This document shows, in pieces, positions 42,988-58,896 of a stretch of 64,000 bases of DNA (positions are counted from its first letter, which is position 1; the number at the start of each line of letters is the position of its first letter). The position numbers and the translations under genes are program-made. The notes under the pieces are model-generated. The model saw only the letters and a list, made by a program, of their open reading frames with translations, had not been told where the DNA came from and ran no database searches. The stretch is from Paraspadella gotoi (lineage: Eukaryota > Animalia > Chaetognatha), in NCBI GenBank assembly GCA_051294375.1, contig CM119267.1, positions 12,050,311 through 12,114,310 on the forward strand. Direction: 5' to 3'.

Positions 42988-44108
42988 ATCAAGCCACATG
43001 ACCGGCAAGCCGGTTCAGGCTTGATATTTTGACTTCGGGTGAGCCTCGCACTCATCTATGGCTTTGCCGTATGTGGCATGACGTCGTCGGTCGTCGTCAT
43101 CGTCGTGCCGCACGGCTTGTTTTTTAAATTAAAAACTACTACGCTTAATAAGGTTTGCCTGTTGTCACCTTACCGTTTTTTTTTAAATTAAAAATTATTA
43201 TTAATTATTTCTAAAAGTTTACAAAAGTGTGCGATCATAGTAAGTGTAAAAAAATAGAGTATGGCTTCTCATTACGTTCAAATTAGCTTGATATTATTCT
43301 TATTAACATTTTGGATGTTAATGTATTTTTTGTTTGAATTGTCAACTTTCAGCTTGATGATTTACTGCAATATGCAGAATGGAGAATTAATAGTTACCTG
43401 GAATAATAAATTATCCAAATTAGTATATAGAAACCTGCTTTAAGGCTCAATTTACATAATTGCAGACTATATAAATTTTGAGAGATGTCAATAAGATTAT
43501 TTATTTAAATTTTCTAATAAAAGATGGGAACTCAAAGGATTTTGTTAATCGAGACGCTAAACTTAATCTTAAATTTTAACTACAACATAAAAATAAAATA
43601 TCTTTTACACAAGCTGCGAAGAAAAAATTGGAAAAAGTTATCCAATTGTTAAACCATTGGTAACATTTTTGCCTTTCTTTATTTATTTTTTAAATTATAT
43701 ATATATTTTTTAGGCGCATGGCCTTTCTGAAATCGTTAAAAACGAGTTCAGTTTTCTCTACTGTACTCTCTTTGGCTGGCGATTCCTTCTGCGTGTCGTT
43801 CGTTTTTTGAAAAATTGTCTATTATTATTTTTCTTTCTAAAAAACATATATATTTGATCATGGCGCGGCCTTTTCTGAATCGTTTTAAAAAAACAACGAG
43901 TTTCAGGCTCCTCATCTCTCTCTGCTCCCCTCCGTCCCCTCCGTCTCTCTCTCTCTCTCTCCTCTCATTCTCTCTCTCTCTTCTCTTCTCTCTCTCTCTT
44001 CTCCTCTTTTTTTTTTTTACCAAAAAAAATTTCGACTTGTCTAGAACACGGTTTGGTTGAAAAAATTCTGACAGTAACTGACGNNNNNNNNNNNNNNNNN
44101 NNNNNNNN

Positions 44109-44149
<41 letters not shown>

Positions 44150-47100
44150 AGAGAGACAGAGAGGAGAGGAGAGAGAGAGGAAGGATTGGCGCGGACGGGG
44201 TAGCAGGAGGAATGATAAGAAATGAAAAGGAAAGAAAGAAAATAAAATAAAGAAATGTACAAAAGAAAAGAATAAAAGAAAAAGAGGAAATTTTAAAGAA
44301 AGAGAAAAATAAGAAATAAAGAAAAATAAAGATAAACAAGAAAATATTAATTTAAAAAGAAAAAAAAAAAAAAAAAATAAAAAAAAAAAAAATTAAGGGG
44401 AATAAAAAAGAAGAAAAAAGAAAAAGAAATAAAGAAAAAAAAAAAGAAAAGAAAGAAGATTAACCACCAAAGCCTGTGCCAAAGTCAGCAAGATTAAAGT
44501 TATTGATATTTAAATCGTAATAGATAATCGTTTTATATTGGTTATGTACAATTCGATAGAACATAATCAAACGAAACGCAGATGGATAATAATTTCTTCT
44601 GAATCTATGCAATTAAAAAAATATAAGAAAACAAAAAAAACAAACACAAAAAGCAACATTTTGACTCGAAAAGAAATGAAAATTATTCTCTTGCAGCCGC
44701 ACAGAACATGACCGAAGCAGACAAGAACTAACTTATCTCGCATTTCACTCCGGGGGGGAACGGCTCTGAGAACTCTCATAGAAGCGCGAGCGACGCGGTT
44801 ATGGAGAAGAAAACACCCAGAACGACAGAGACGTGAGCACCGGGACAATAAAAAAAAAGAGACTGAAGAGGAATTCTGAGATGAGACAGGAGACCCGATG
44901 CAATGCCCGGGAGAGATCTGTCACACGGGCAAGAGAGAAACATTGAGAGAGACGACGAACGGAGTGAGTCGAAAAGACTGAGAGAGAGATGAATGATGAG
45001 ATTGACGAGTGAAAAGAATAGTCAAAAGTAGACTCCGAATAAGCAGAAACCTAAGTTCTCTCCGTCGGTAAAAAAAATTACTCACATATTTTTGTGATGT
45101 CTGAAGGCAAGGCGATGGCCGTAGGGAAGATGACTGGCTAACATTGGAGTACAACGGTGCCTAATTATTTAACCATTACTATTCTAATTACGATCTATCT
45201 TATGTAATAAATGCGTCAGGAATAGGTACATCCGTTTCTCGGTCATTCCTTTCGAAGAAAAGATGAGATTTAACGGATGAGATAGGACTGATTAATAGTG
45301 ACAGGGGCATGAGACGTTTATGAGAGAGAGAGAGAGAGAGAAGCGAGAGAGAGATGGAGAGAAAGAGAAGAGAGAGAGAGAGAGGAGAAAATAAGAGAGA
45401 TATATATATTAAAACGATATAAACGAGGTCCAGAATGATGAAGGGAAAGAATATCGTTCTACTTTGTCTTTGATAGTTACTGCTTGTATATTAGTCTTTC
45501 ATTATCTATTCTACAGTGTGTGGTAATTCCGATATTTGACCCGCCTTGAATATGCTTACTTTCCTACAGTAGAAAAATTTCTTCTGGTGTGGAAAGTGAA
45601 AGTTCCTTGCCGTTTAAACAGATCGCAGAGAATAATGTCTGAATATTTCTCCGTATCTAGGTGGGCGTAGGCGAAGCCGAAACATCATATCCACTCTTTA
45701 AAAAAGCAAAACCTATTACTCCTCTCCATTCGCTTACATCCACCTCGCATATGAGAGTTATCCAGACGGTTGTTGGGTCTTTTGGTGGTTGTGAAACGAT
45801 CATGGCCGCGTACTCCCTATTACGCCGGGCAAGATTTATCTAGGGTGTGGATGCCCCCCCAGGCTCCACCGGCCTCCGGAAGGAACAGCTTGGTGTCTGA
45901 TGTGGGCGGGTGCCTCGCGAGTATGGTGTGGTTACTCTGGGAGCCTTCCGAGGGTCGTAGTCGAATTGGCATCGGACCTGTTCTCGACTTCAAGAAGGAA
46001 TGGGGTCACCATCCGAAAATATGACCGTCGGAACGACGGACGTGGACCCGGTGCTAGCCACTCAATATGTTGTACACGTTGCGGGAGTATGGGCTCTAGA
46101 AGGATGTGCGACGCAACGCTTACTGCGCACGGAAGAAAGGAAATTTATGCGCAGATCTGTACGCACTTTCCTTGATTTTTTGAGGTAAATTTGATCTGGT
46201 TTGATCTTCTTTCGGAAACAGAGTTTCTTGTGGCCAGAGCTTGTTAGAATTAATGCGCTTTCGGAGATGCTGTTCTAAAGTTTGGCCATCATGGCCACAT
46301 CAGCGATACGGTTGACTGATGTCACAATTTCAGGAAAGAAAGATTTTAAACGCGAGATTTTTTTTTTTTTCTTTCATGAGGAGGTAATCCGCATGCGGCG
46401 ACTTTCTTCAGACGTTGAATTAAACACATGATAAAATTGTCTGTCATTCCTGATTTTGTTTAATTGTCATTCCGTGATGTATTGCTATATAGACGTTCAT
46501 TTTTTTAAATAGCTTATTTTTGTTAGTTGTTATGACCTTTTGATGTATATAACTCTCAGCCTATGAAAAGAATGATTAATTCTATGGATAGTGAGTCATG
46601 GATTTAGTCTGGAGTAAATTAATAAAAGAAAAAAAAATTTAGATACTGAAGATTTTAATAAACAGGTAAAAAGAAGTAAATGAAGTGCAAAATGTACAGT
46701 ATGTGAAATAAAATTAAAAATAAAAATAAAAGAGATAATAACAATCTAGGGAAGCTCAAAGACAGATAAGTGAAATGTTCATTAACAAACTTATCTCTCT
46801 TTACTGCTACCCTCAATTCCTTATCGAGTGCCGGTAATGTAGTTGGTAGAAGGAGGTAAGAGGAGGATGGGAGAGGGAATGAGAGATGATAGAGCTTCTG
46901 ATTTATTTTTAAAAAAAAAAGAAAGTTTGGAGAGCGAGAGAGAAGAAAGGGAGAGAGCAGACTGAAATGCCAGAGTTTTGCTAAAAGGTCGAATGAGTGC
47001 AAATAAGCAGATAATCTATTAATCAAGACTTACTAAGAAGTCGTGAAATTCAAAAAATAAAGGAAAGGGAGGAATAACTGGAGAACAAATAAAAAGGAAA

Positions 47101-47817
47101 GAAAAGCCAGAATGAGCTTTATAAGTAATTAGAGGGAAAAATAAAGATATTGAAGTATCTGCCACCAGGCGAATATAAAAAAAAAGAATCACAACAGCTT
47201 GAAAAAGGAAAGAAAACTCGAACGGAAAACGATAGGAAAGTAAGTGGCACGGCATGTCACGTGATCAAAAGTTTGAATGAGGTACGGATTATGGTAGTAA
47301 TAAACCTGAAAGACCGGAGAAAAAAGAAAGAGGCAAAGAAAATTAAAAAACAAAAAAAAAAAATCAAAAAGAAATAAAAATAAAGAGTGCACCCAACAGA
47401 ATACTCTAAACAGTCTCATTCACTCAATCAATGTTGCTCGACCCGGCGCTAAGCATATCCGTATATGGGGATGAGTGCAGACTCTTTTGCCGAGTCCCGA
47501 ATCAAAGTAGAGACTGAATGATACTTGATCCTATGAAAATTAGGAGACGCAAGATAGGAGATTGTGAGAGAATGTCTGATCCGAACAAGAGATCGAGGAA
47601 GAATCGAGACTGGAATAATGGAGAGCGTACGAAGCTTCGGTAAATTTGAACCCCCACGGAGGAGAGAGAGAGAGAGAGAGAATTGACGCTAAGTCGGAAC
47701 GTCGTAAAAACAAAACCAAGGTCCCATGATCAGGGACCCGACAAGTACTAAACTAGTCACTACAATTATTTATATACTTAATCTTTTTCTTTTTTTTCAG
47801 ATAAATGTATAATAAAA

Positions 47818-47861
<44 letters not shown>

Positions 47862-47919
47862 AAAAAAAAAAAAAAAAAAAAAAAAATAACAAAAAAAAAA
47901 ATGACAAAAAAAAAAAAAA

Positions 47920-47979
<60 letters not shown>

Positions 47980-50900
47980 AAAAAAAAAAAAAAAAAGAAA
48001 CAAAATAAAAAAAACAAAACAAATCAAAAAAAATTACCACAAAAAAAAAACAAAAAAGTCGGGTTCTTATATGTAACCAGTGCTTTTTTTTCAATACTGA
48101 ACCAACGCCAATGAGAGAAGAGACAAGGAGGCAGAGAAGAAAAGAAGGGAAATAGAGAGAAGATGATGGAAGGTAATGCATAATTATCGGAGAGTTATAA
48201 GGCGAGGAGTCTCTAAGTTATCAGAACTAACTTAGTTCATCTATGCCTTAGCCAGTCGCCGAGGGACGTATATCTGTTATATAATATGATAAAATTAAAT
48301 GATATTGTGGATATGTGATAAACGTCTTAAGGATCAGCGCATTATAGTTATGATACTTATTATATGTTGTGAAGGTGATTCAAAATCCCTTTTTTTTTGA
48401 AAAGAAAAATGTGTTGTTATAGTAGGAATTGCATTAGGCTAACGTTAAAGGTTCAAGGACTTTTAAAAATATTAAGTTCAACTTATGTGAGTTGTGTGAA
48501 GAGCTTATGGTGATAAATTACGTTTCTGTACATAGCGTCATGTCGTTGCTTTGATAAGAGTACTTCTCTAATTACGTCCATAACATCGTACATATAAGAT
48601 TCGGCTTCCCCAACTTCTGATGATCTCTTCAGCCTTTTTATTTTATTTAAAAAACCTGATTTATACAACAATAATATATTTAAAAAGCTTTAAAAAATTA
48701 AAAAACATTATATAAAAACTCCAAAAGACTTGTTTAAACATATATTATATACTGAGGATGGATATAATATAATCGAAATATAAAGTATGCTCCCCTCTAA
48801 AAATGGTCCAAAAAAAAATATAGGGCGATATGTATCATCGTGTGATCAGAACAGATAAGGAATAGTTAGCATGAGGTGTGTGGGTCTATATGGCTAAGGC
48901 ATAAAAAAATACATTGCAATAATAACCTTTAAAAAACTTCGTACTCTTTTGATTCAATAAACAACCAAAAAAACACATAACATTCTAAAAAATAATAATA
49001 GTGTCGTAATATGTGTGCATTTAAAATCTCTAAACACTACAAATAAAAAAAAGTAAAAACCATTTAAAGATGTTTGTGGTTTCTTATTTAAAACAAATAA
49101 TCTTTGGGACATAATTTCAATATTACAAGGCAGCTCAAGTAAAACAATATACGTACCTCCAATCCCAAATACGGCTCAATCATTATGTGACTTCATCCTT
49201 CGCTGACAATTAATATTTGAGCCTTTAATTGAATAAGTGAGCATACATTAATAATTTTAAACAATTCTTTATTCTTGCTTCCAATTCACTTCTACTCCTT
49301 CCGACCCTCCCCCTAAAACCTTCGTCACTTCTCCAGGCGTCGCCGCCGTCGCCGGCCGCGTCCTTCGTTCGTCAGCGGCCACGACGGCGCCGGCGCCTCT
49401 CCTCCGGTCGAAGCACGATCCTCTCTAATCTCGATGGACGACCGAAGGACCGACGGACCGAGAGATGTACCCAGAAGTAGAATTTGTCAGGAACCCTCCC
49501 AAATCGTCGTCCGTATCTTGGAGAGGAACGAGTAAGAATGGAAAAGAGAGAAAATGAGAAACAAAGATACCGATCGCTGCATGAAAGCAGCACAACGTGG
49601 AAAAAGATGGTGAATGAGGGAGAGGAGGGTAGTGTTCAGGGAGAGAATTTGTTGAAGTTATATTTTGAGAGAAGGAAGAAGGATGAGTACAATTTTTTAT
49701 GGTTTTTTTTTCCATTTATTTTATTTTGTACATATCGTGAAATGTTTTATTCGCTACTCTGGTTCAGAATCTCACTGTTTTACGATATCAAGCTTTATTT
49801 TATACTCCTGACTAAAAAATTTGATTTATCATATTATACTGTCTCCACCGAACATGTACATTTCGTTTAAAACTTTCATGGATCTACGAAAACGATTGTA
49901 CCCTTCTAATAATGTTCACCTTTAGTTTTTATCTCTTTTCATTTTACTTTTCCCGGTGTCACAGCTGAAAATTTCCGTTTCTTGCGGAAAACCGATAAGA
50001 AAAGTCACTCGACATGGAGTGGAGCTGTAGCAAGAAAGAAAAAGGAAGGAAAAATAAAAAAGTTTTAAAAAATTGAATAACAACAAAGAAGGAAAAAACA
50101 ATTGGAATAACAAGATAATATGTTTCTATTCCACGTTAGCAATCATCTCTTGCTTTCTCTCTATACTGCTATGGATTTATGTGTCCAACGATATCTCGTC
50201 TACTCTGGTTACTCATCACTGTCTCTTTCTCTAGTCCATCTCTCTTCTCCTCTCTTTCCTCTCTCTCTCTCCTCTCTCTCTTAGCTCTCTCCGTCTCTCA
50301 TCGTCTCTCTCTCTCTCTCTCGTCACCCCCCTCCATCCCCGCGTCTCGTGTTTTGACCTTGAACACTCTCATGGAAAAGCTCTCAAAGTATCTCGGCCGG
50401 CTGTATGGCTTTCTCGTAACTCTGTCTCTCTTTGTGCATATTGGTCTCGTCGCGCCGTCGCTGCTCTCTCGCTCGTCCGCGCCTCTCTCGGCTGTACTGC
50501 TCCCTGCGACCAGCCCTCCTTATTTTTCCTCTCACCGAGATCTAGTTCATGATTCGACCCGGATTCGACGGTTCTGTTAGATATATGCCATGGAAAAATG
50601 TTATGCAGTAGAATTCGTAAATTGATCGAATTTCGCGATCCCACTTCCGCTGAGAAAAATCTCCGGGAATACTCTCGTCTGTGAGCTCTCACGGATTAGC
50701 AAAGGGTACTTATCTGGGCGTGTGCGGGACCATGAGTTCAAAGAGTGACGGGGGAAAGGAGGCGTGGCCGGGGAAGATTGACGACTAGCGTGGACACTTT
50801 GGGTAAATAGGATTGTCGTTTCAAGCGGACGAATGAACAGACGCCACATGCCCCACTGGGGTAACCAAACGAGCAGTAACCCTAAAATGTGAAACAGGAA

Positions 50901-53900
50901 ATGAAAAATTATAATAACCTGTAGAATGTGAACTGTCCAAGCATTATGTACCTAATTTATGCCTGACCTCCTTTCTATAAACCTTAATTTTTGATATTCG
51001 TCATGGACAATGTCCAAAAAAACCGTTGCATTTCGTTTAACAAAATTGGAACCCAATCCTATATAGAGCCCTGAAATAATCAGAGCGTGTTTTCGTCTAT
51101 TTTCTGCGGCCCTCTCTATTCTTTTACGCGATGATTAGTATGTATCTATATAATAAATCTCCCTCTGTATACGTTTTTTACCAACTAAAGTAGAAATATT
51201 TTAAACGTGTGGATTGATATTATAAATCCACATGTACATCACAAGTGAGCCTCCCATCATTCCCATAACTCTTATAGAAAAAATCCAACCACCCCATCTT
51301 CGATATCCTTCTGAATCAGATCCCAATCTCTATCTATATCTCTTTTTTGACCTTCGAAGGGTAGTAAATCAAGATACAGTTTCAACCCAAAACGATGTAA
51401 TAGATATATTAAATTATTTATACCATCCCTTTTTTTATCTCGCCCCAGTTTCTTTCTCCTCTGTTTTTTGACCAAATAATATTTTTGTTTTTTTTCTGGC
51501 CAGAACGTCCATTTGACTCAAAAGTAAGGAAATCGGCTGCCTGGGTGGGGAATATGTCGAACTCGAACTCTGACAAATACTTCCGTTGTTGGCCAGAGAC
51601 TGAGGCTCCGAACCTTCCGATGCAACGCGCAGGGCGCGTGCGCGGGCGGGCTCAAAAGAGTCAGGGGAGGAGTAAAAGGTTTACGACGCACAAAGTGTGA
51701 AAATGGGGAGTAGAGGCGGTGCGTTGAAGGATAGAATATAGAGGAAAGAATAACGAATGGGATCGTCAAGTTTAGACACGCAACGAATCGTAGAAATTGC
51801 GTCGTTCCGTGTCTCTGAGAGGTTTTTGAACGAAGAGAACGACCCTGGACGGAAGACGACGGACGACCGACGACGACGACCTCGCATACCGAAAAGCTTC
51901 CCATTACGATACGATAACAAAGAAACGATTTTTCCTCTCTTCTTCTTTCTCTCCGTGCCACTACTTACACTCTTCCCCAAAGAATGAAGACCCCGAAGTC
52001 TCCACCGCACCACCTGTACTCGTGTAACTCTCGCGCGCCTGTTTACACACTTACCTCTCTGCATTTCTTCATCACTCTTACGGTCCCTTTTAACTAACCG
52101 AACTACGTATAACGTTGGAAGAGAGCACCTCTCTCTCGCAAAATGGCAAACCGAATAATTCTGTGCAAGAAACCATCTCTCGCCCCTCGACACCTTGGAC
52201 GTCTGCTCCCAAGAGTAGGCGGCATCTGGTCGGGACTCACGTGTTTCTTCTCTTATCTCCACCTTTCTTTTCTAATTCGAGTTCCTTTTCAATTCTTCTT
52301 CATTTACTCCGTTCGCAATATTGTCGAACTCCTAAATTTTCAGAGATCATCCTGGAGACAATCTCGACTCTTTCTGCGTCCTATCTAATGCGAAATCTTT
52401 CCGCTTTCGATCGATCTCGATCGCAGTCGTCGCCATCCCCTTCTCATCGGCTGTGCTGCCATGGTCCAACAACTCGGCAACGATTCTCAAACGCTGGTAA
52501 AAGAAGTCCAGTGTGTGCTGTTGACACTCTATATACTCCGTTCAACCAGTGGATACTATTCGTTCTCTAAGCTTCGTATAGTACAAAGGGAGCACCTTCA
52601 ACGTTTACGCACTACACTGCCTGCCTCATACATGGCGACAGCTCCGGACTTCACTCCTCCGCGCAGCTTTCGGCGTGTCTACAGTGGCCGCGACAATACT
52701 ACCACGATATTACGCCTCCCGTCAGTGATCTCGGACTTAATAATTGAACGCGCCCTACATGATCAAGACCTCTCTGCTCGACCTCAGTCATGACGGTGGT
52801 GCCTCTTTCTCGACAACCTCAAGCGCCAAACCAAGCAGCAAGCCTCGCCGCTGCGGAGCGGCTCGCGCGCGCCGGCTCGAAAGCTGCGTTCCAATGCCCT
52901 CCCGGAGGAGGAGGGGAGGAGGTACCGGGGCTTATCCAGAAGTAGGAGCGCAGGTGCGAAAGAGGGAACAGGGAGCGCACACGTGGGGTCAAGCGTTTAG
53001 GTTGAGGCAGAAAGAATGAGAATGATGTTCACAAAGCGCCGCTGCATTTCATGAAATAGTGAGAAGTTAAGTATGTTTCCTCATAATTATTTTTTCCTTT
53101 TACCAGGAAAAAAAACAGGAGACAAGCGACCGAAGAGAGCGGGGAACGATCGACGTGTCGGGCGGGCGGCTAAAGGGATGTCCGCCTCCGGATGGGACTA
53201 TCATTTACCTCGCGCCCATATAAAAAATGACGAGGGACATCGGCCTCGGGCAGTTTTATCTACTCGCAGTCAACTTACATGCTCACACGCGCGAATTTAG
53301 GTCTCCGTCCTGCACAAAATAAGTTGAAACTTCATTCTCGCTCCGCTGACGATTGGACACGAAAGAATAATCAAGTCTGGCCAATTGGATCTACGTCCAA
53401 ACCCCCACTCGCCCCGTTTGAAGCAGTAGACTTCCTAAGGACAGGATCTGAGATTTAGCCAGCCCCCAAAAAATCGACCTCCAGCTCCCTCCTCTCTCGG
53501 AACCTAACACCCCTTTACCTCGACTCATGACATTAACAACAACGTCCTCTCCTCGAATCCTCGTCCCTTCCCGCCTCGATTCCCTCCTCTCTCTCTTCTC
53601 TCTCTCTCTGGCTCCTCCTCGCTGCGGAGTTCCCTGCGCGTCCAACGCATTTTATTTTCCCGCTCCCGAAGAAGATAGACTGGCACGATGTACCGTCCGA
53701 GATACCGCAATGAGTCGAGAATCTCCACAGATTTTCCGCCTTCGGCTCCGGTGCCGAAACGAATGAATGGCCCCCGCAGGTGCAACGTGCTACAGTCGCT
53801 TGGGCCTCCGCACGAGCCATCCGCGCTCGTCCGCGTCGACGAACAGGAGTCCTCTGTTTCTCTCCGTGAGGGTGCGAGCCGGCGGACTGGAGGGGTTTGG

Positions 53901-56900
53901 AGGACGGGGCGCGGTTTGAGACCCCAAACGGGAGGTGGGTGCAAGGTGCGTCAGCTGTACAGAGAAGACGCGGACGACTTAGGTCTCGCCTGAAAGGCCG
54001 ATGGGGTTTCAACGCGAGCCGACCTGGGTACCGCTGGACCTCGACCGAATGATGGAGTGGAATATTACTGTTGGCGATGAGAAGTTATTAATGGAAGATG
54101 ATGTTTGATTTTGTGGGTCATAATGCAACACGTATGGAATTACCCGTAGTGCTCGCGAACCAGCTGCTACGGACGATTTTATCTCTTGTTTTGTTGGGTA
54201 TGCCTTTTTTTGTTTGTTTCGATTGACGAAACAACTCAAAGCGAATGGAGGACTCGCTTGACGCATCAAGATTCGGCGCTCGAGCGTCCGTTGTGAAAGA
54301 GGTCGATGATATTTCCGGGCGACGCGTCCCAACTGAGTTACGAGCGGAAGAAAAAAATTTCAAGGTAATAAAAATTCGTTTTTGATTCGCTGAGTTGTTT
54401 GGCGTCGTTAGAGACTATCGCTATTGGGGGTCCCTGTCCCTAGGTCGAGCGTCACTGAAGGATCGAGACCACCCAGGAACGGCGTTTACAACGATCGGGA
54501 GACAGTCTCTTGCGCTCATGTCCTCATCCTACGTCCCCTCTCGCGCCTCCATTCCGCCGCCGCCCCGCCGCTAACGCGCTTCTGGCTTCCCGACGCCTAA
54601 CAAAGAAACGGTCTTCCACGGCGCCTAGGAATGTTCGGCGCGCGGATGCTCCGCAGGACCGCGCCACCCGCCCGACCGCCTCCTTCCTCCCGAGGCAAGA
54701 GCTGATATTGAGAGAGAGAGAGATGGAGAGAGGAGAGAGGAGAGGTAGGCCGATTACTTGTTCGAGCTGACCTCTCTGGCGCCAGCCGTGATAGGAGATG
54801 AGAGAGAGAGAGAGAGAGAGAGAAGCAGGCGAGAGAAAGAAAAAAATACGAAAGGAAAATACCCGGATATGTAAAAAGGATAAAAAAGTCTATCAGAGAA
54901 GAATCATAAGTGCGTTTTCGTTGTATCTGAATAAAGTCATTATGTGGGACAATTTTTCCAGTTCGTCGTCATCGTCGTCGTAAGTCGTCCTTGTCGTCGT
55001 CATCGTTGTCGCTCTCGTTCATGATTTCACCGCTCACGATTTCGACGTCTATATATATATATACTGTATAAAATATGCTAATAAAATATGGCAAACATTA
55101 TAAGTTATTGATAAATCAAATTATTAAAAAATTTTAAAAAATTTACATGAGCTTTTAAATGGTGAAAAATAAAGACTTTGAAAATATTTTTTGAATTTAT
55201 TTCTAAATTTTATGTTTTATTAAAAGTAGCTAATTTATTATTAATTATGAGTAAAAAAATTAAGCTAAAGTTAAAAATAAATTTAATAATCCCGGATTCG
55301 CATTTCATTGTAAAAAGTGATATTTAGAAAATATATTTTTTAAAAATATTATGCAATAAGTGCAGTTCAAAATGTTTTAAAAAACTATAATTTTAAACTC
55401 TTCATTAATAATTAAAAAAGGATAAAATAATTAAACAAAAGAATCTTAATAGTGAAGACTCTTTAAGATATTTTTTAACCAACTGTCGATAGAAAAGAAT
55501 TAATGTTAAAACTTTTATCAGATAAGGACTTCAAATCGGTTTTTAAAATTTCATAATTTTTATTTTTTTCCCTTTACCTTATTTTTTTTCAGACTTATTT
55601 TTCGAGACCTGTATAACTAGCGGTAGCCGACCAAATTCAAATTTTTAATGGAAACAGCATTAAACTAATCCATGATTGGTATTAATTATTGTTGTAAATA
55701 TTTTTTTGGCAAATGTTACCGACCAATGAGTATTCTCCTAATTAATATTATTATGGTGCTGGTATATAATGTTAAAAATTATTTTTGGATATTTTAAGGT
55801 TTTTTTAATTGCATCTGATAGAGCTTAAAAAGTTTAAGCAAAAAATATAATGACAACGTTTTAAAATTTTGATGTTTTTTATTACTAACAAATTAGTAAA
55901 AAACTGCTACAAATCATCGGCATGATGATGATGATTGATGATTTTTAAAGCGTTTTTCTCAATTTTAACCCACTTATCATCAAAAGTATTGAAAAAAAAG
56001 AATTATTACTTTGTGGGTAGATAACTTTTCATAGGCATTATGAATCTGCTTTTACAAATAAAAATTCAAAAAAAATTTTTTTTGACATTTCCTAGTGCTA
56101 TAAATAAATATTAAAAAAGATAATACTCAATGCTTCTTGCCATTTTAGAAAATTTGCTTCCATTTGAAAGTTTTCTCAGCAATGTATGAACGTTTCATGA
56201 AAGGTTCCCAAATCAAAACTGCTGATCCCACCCCATTGACGAAGTATAGGCTTATTATCAATTACAATTTACATAAAAATAAAATTGAGTTACAATGATC
56301 TTATATTTTGTTATCTCTGAATGCTTTCTACTGGACAGTAAGGCGTGGTAAAATTTCTAAATTTAACTTTAATTAAAATCTCTAAAGGTGAGGAACGAAC
56401 AACATCTATACTTATGGTGTATGAACACTTTAATGTATATAGAAATTTTTTTAATAAATATTTCTTACAAAGTCTCCGCAGTTCACGGCATATATTTATA
56501 TAAGTACTAAACCAATAAATGTTAAAATTTCAAAAACAGTTCTAAAATTTTGTTGCAGATTTGGATTCGTCGATAAAAAAGTTAATAAATTTGGAAAAAT
56601 TCCTTCATTAAGGTCAAAAATTATAATAAGCTATATTTTTAAGCTGAAAATTAAGCTTTTATATATTAAATATTCTTTTTTTATTTTTAACCCTACTTAA
56701 TGAAAGAATTTTAAAACATGGACCTATATATTTCTTAGTCAGACTGGTTTTGACGAGGATTCAAATCTGCCAATCAAAATTAAGAATAAAGCCTATTTGA
56801 AATTTTTCGATCTATAGAGGATCAGTAGACCTCTATATAAATCCAGTAGAGCATATACTGTCATAAAATTATAAAACATAAATTAATTTTTTTTTATAAA

Positions 56901-57851
56901 TTAATTGTTCACTATGGTATGTTGTCTTAATTGACTTTATGGTATTTCGTATGCTGTCAATCTGTCACTAACGCGCCGGCTTACTAGACTAGGAGATTAA
57001 GAAATAGCTCTCTTTCGTGCCCGAAATGAACATTATAAAGTAAAAAATATAGACCTAACAAAAACAGAACAAATAACAAAATACAAGAGAAAAGAATGAA
57101 GAATAGAATAGCCCTGAGAAATACGGCGAAAAAGGAAAAGAAGCAGAGAAAAAAGAAATGTGAGGAACAAGGAGGAAAAAGAAAGAAAATAAAAAAAAGA
57201 GAGAGAGAAAGTGACGTCCAAAAAAATAAGTGAGAATTAGGAGAGGAAAGTGCAAAAACCGCTAGATCACAAGCAACTAAGAAATAGAATCAAGGAAAAC
57301 GCTGTCGTTCAAATGGCGGGGATTCGGCACACGACTCCCATCTTGATGCCTTCTTCGAGCAACGTGGTGTCCATTTGGTGGCGCTAGATAAAAAAATTGG
57401 GAAGAAAGAAAATGAAGAAGATAATGCATGTATAAGTGTATATGTCCGATGGAAATTTTGCCTCTTTGCTATACGTATACTTTTTTCATTTTGATTTCGT
57501 TTTTAGGACCGGTTTTTAATTTTTAAATTTTACCAAAAGTTTATATTCATTAGGTTGGAAAAGCTGATGAAAGCTTGCAGGACCCGCGGTATGCCATTAT
57601 CTTGAAGAAGTGATGAGAAGGCCTTAAACCACACCAAAGCCTACCAAAGTCAGAGGCAAGAAAAGCTTATTTATTAAAAGAATGGAGAATTTTTATATTG
57701 CGTGTCCAATTTCATAAATGTTATTTTTTCAAGATCACTTTTCCAATTGAAAAGGAAAAGCTTATTGACCACAATAGGAAACCATCTTCTTTCGAACGCA
57801 CTTCACACAGAGACACACACACACACACTCGTCTCTCTCTCTCTCTCTTCT

Positions 57852-57923
<72 letters not shown>

Positions 57924-58864
57924 CGGCGTTGCAGACTTTTCCATTTATTTATGCTTTTTACGAGAGAAGGCATTTAAACAGAAGCCCTGGGTGGTGACAT
58001 TCTGGCGCGGATCGCGTCTGTGATGAACGACTCGCGGTATTTCCACGAATTTCTGAGGGCCTCACGCCGCGGAGTCGACATAGTACGCGCTTAGACGCCT
58101 GTCTGCTGCAGACTCGAGCCCGACGCGAGAGGGCGGAGGATTTGAATCGAATTAAAAACAATAGAGGGCCGTATGCCAAGTTTTGAAAATAGGCCCCATG
58201 CGATTGTTTACAAAAGTTTTAGATACTATAAACAACAAAATGGATACAAACGATATCGAAACTAAAATTGTTTCAAAAATGTTGGACTATCTTATAAAGT
58301 TAAAAGTTTTAAAAAATATCAATTGCAAAACTTGCTATGCAGTAGCTATGCATTTTTTCTTCACATGGCGGTTAGTTAAAATTTGACCTATTAAATATTT
58401 TAATTTTTTAACATTTTATAACGAAAACCCATAACTAAAATTGCATTGAAATTTTTTTTGACAAGTCGATTTGGCCCCGTTCCAGATGGAATATCGGCTT
58501 TTAACGAGTATAATGGAGATGCAAAAAGAAACGATCAGGAGGCGACGACCGTCGACGACTGATGATGACGACGTCCGACGACGTATGACTGCGCCGACGG
58601 AGAAAACTTCGGATAAGACCATTAGCGGTTTCGAAGGTCGAAGAACAAGAAATGAAAAAGGGAAGAGAAGAACAAAAGGTCATCGAAGCAACAAGAAAAG
58701 AAAACATATAAAAACTTAAAGGAACAAGAGGATATAAATGTTAAATTTGGTTTTGAGGAAGAGAACAAGGAAAATTCCCCCGCACAAAGTGAAAGATTTA
58801 AAAAGTAATATGAAAAAATTTGGAAAAATCGCTTTTTTAAAATTGATAGACCTTGAAAGGCTTT

Positions 58865-58896
<32 letters not shown>

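Noticed and set aside
43060-43120. Next GALNT exon (..TSSVVVIVVPH..)
   Set aside because: It lacks the FHNE motif and a usable splice context, and is a GTC-repeat look-alike.
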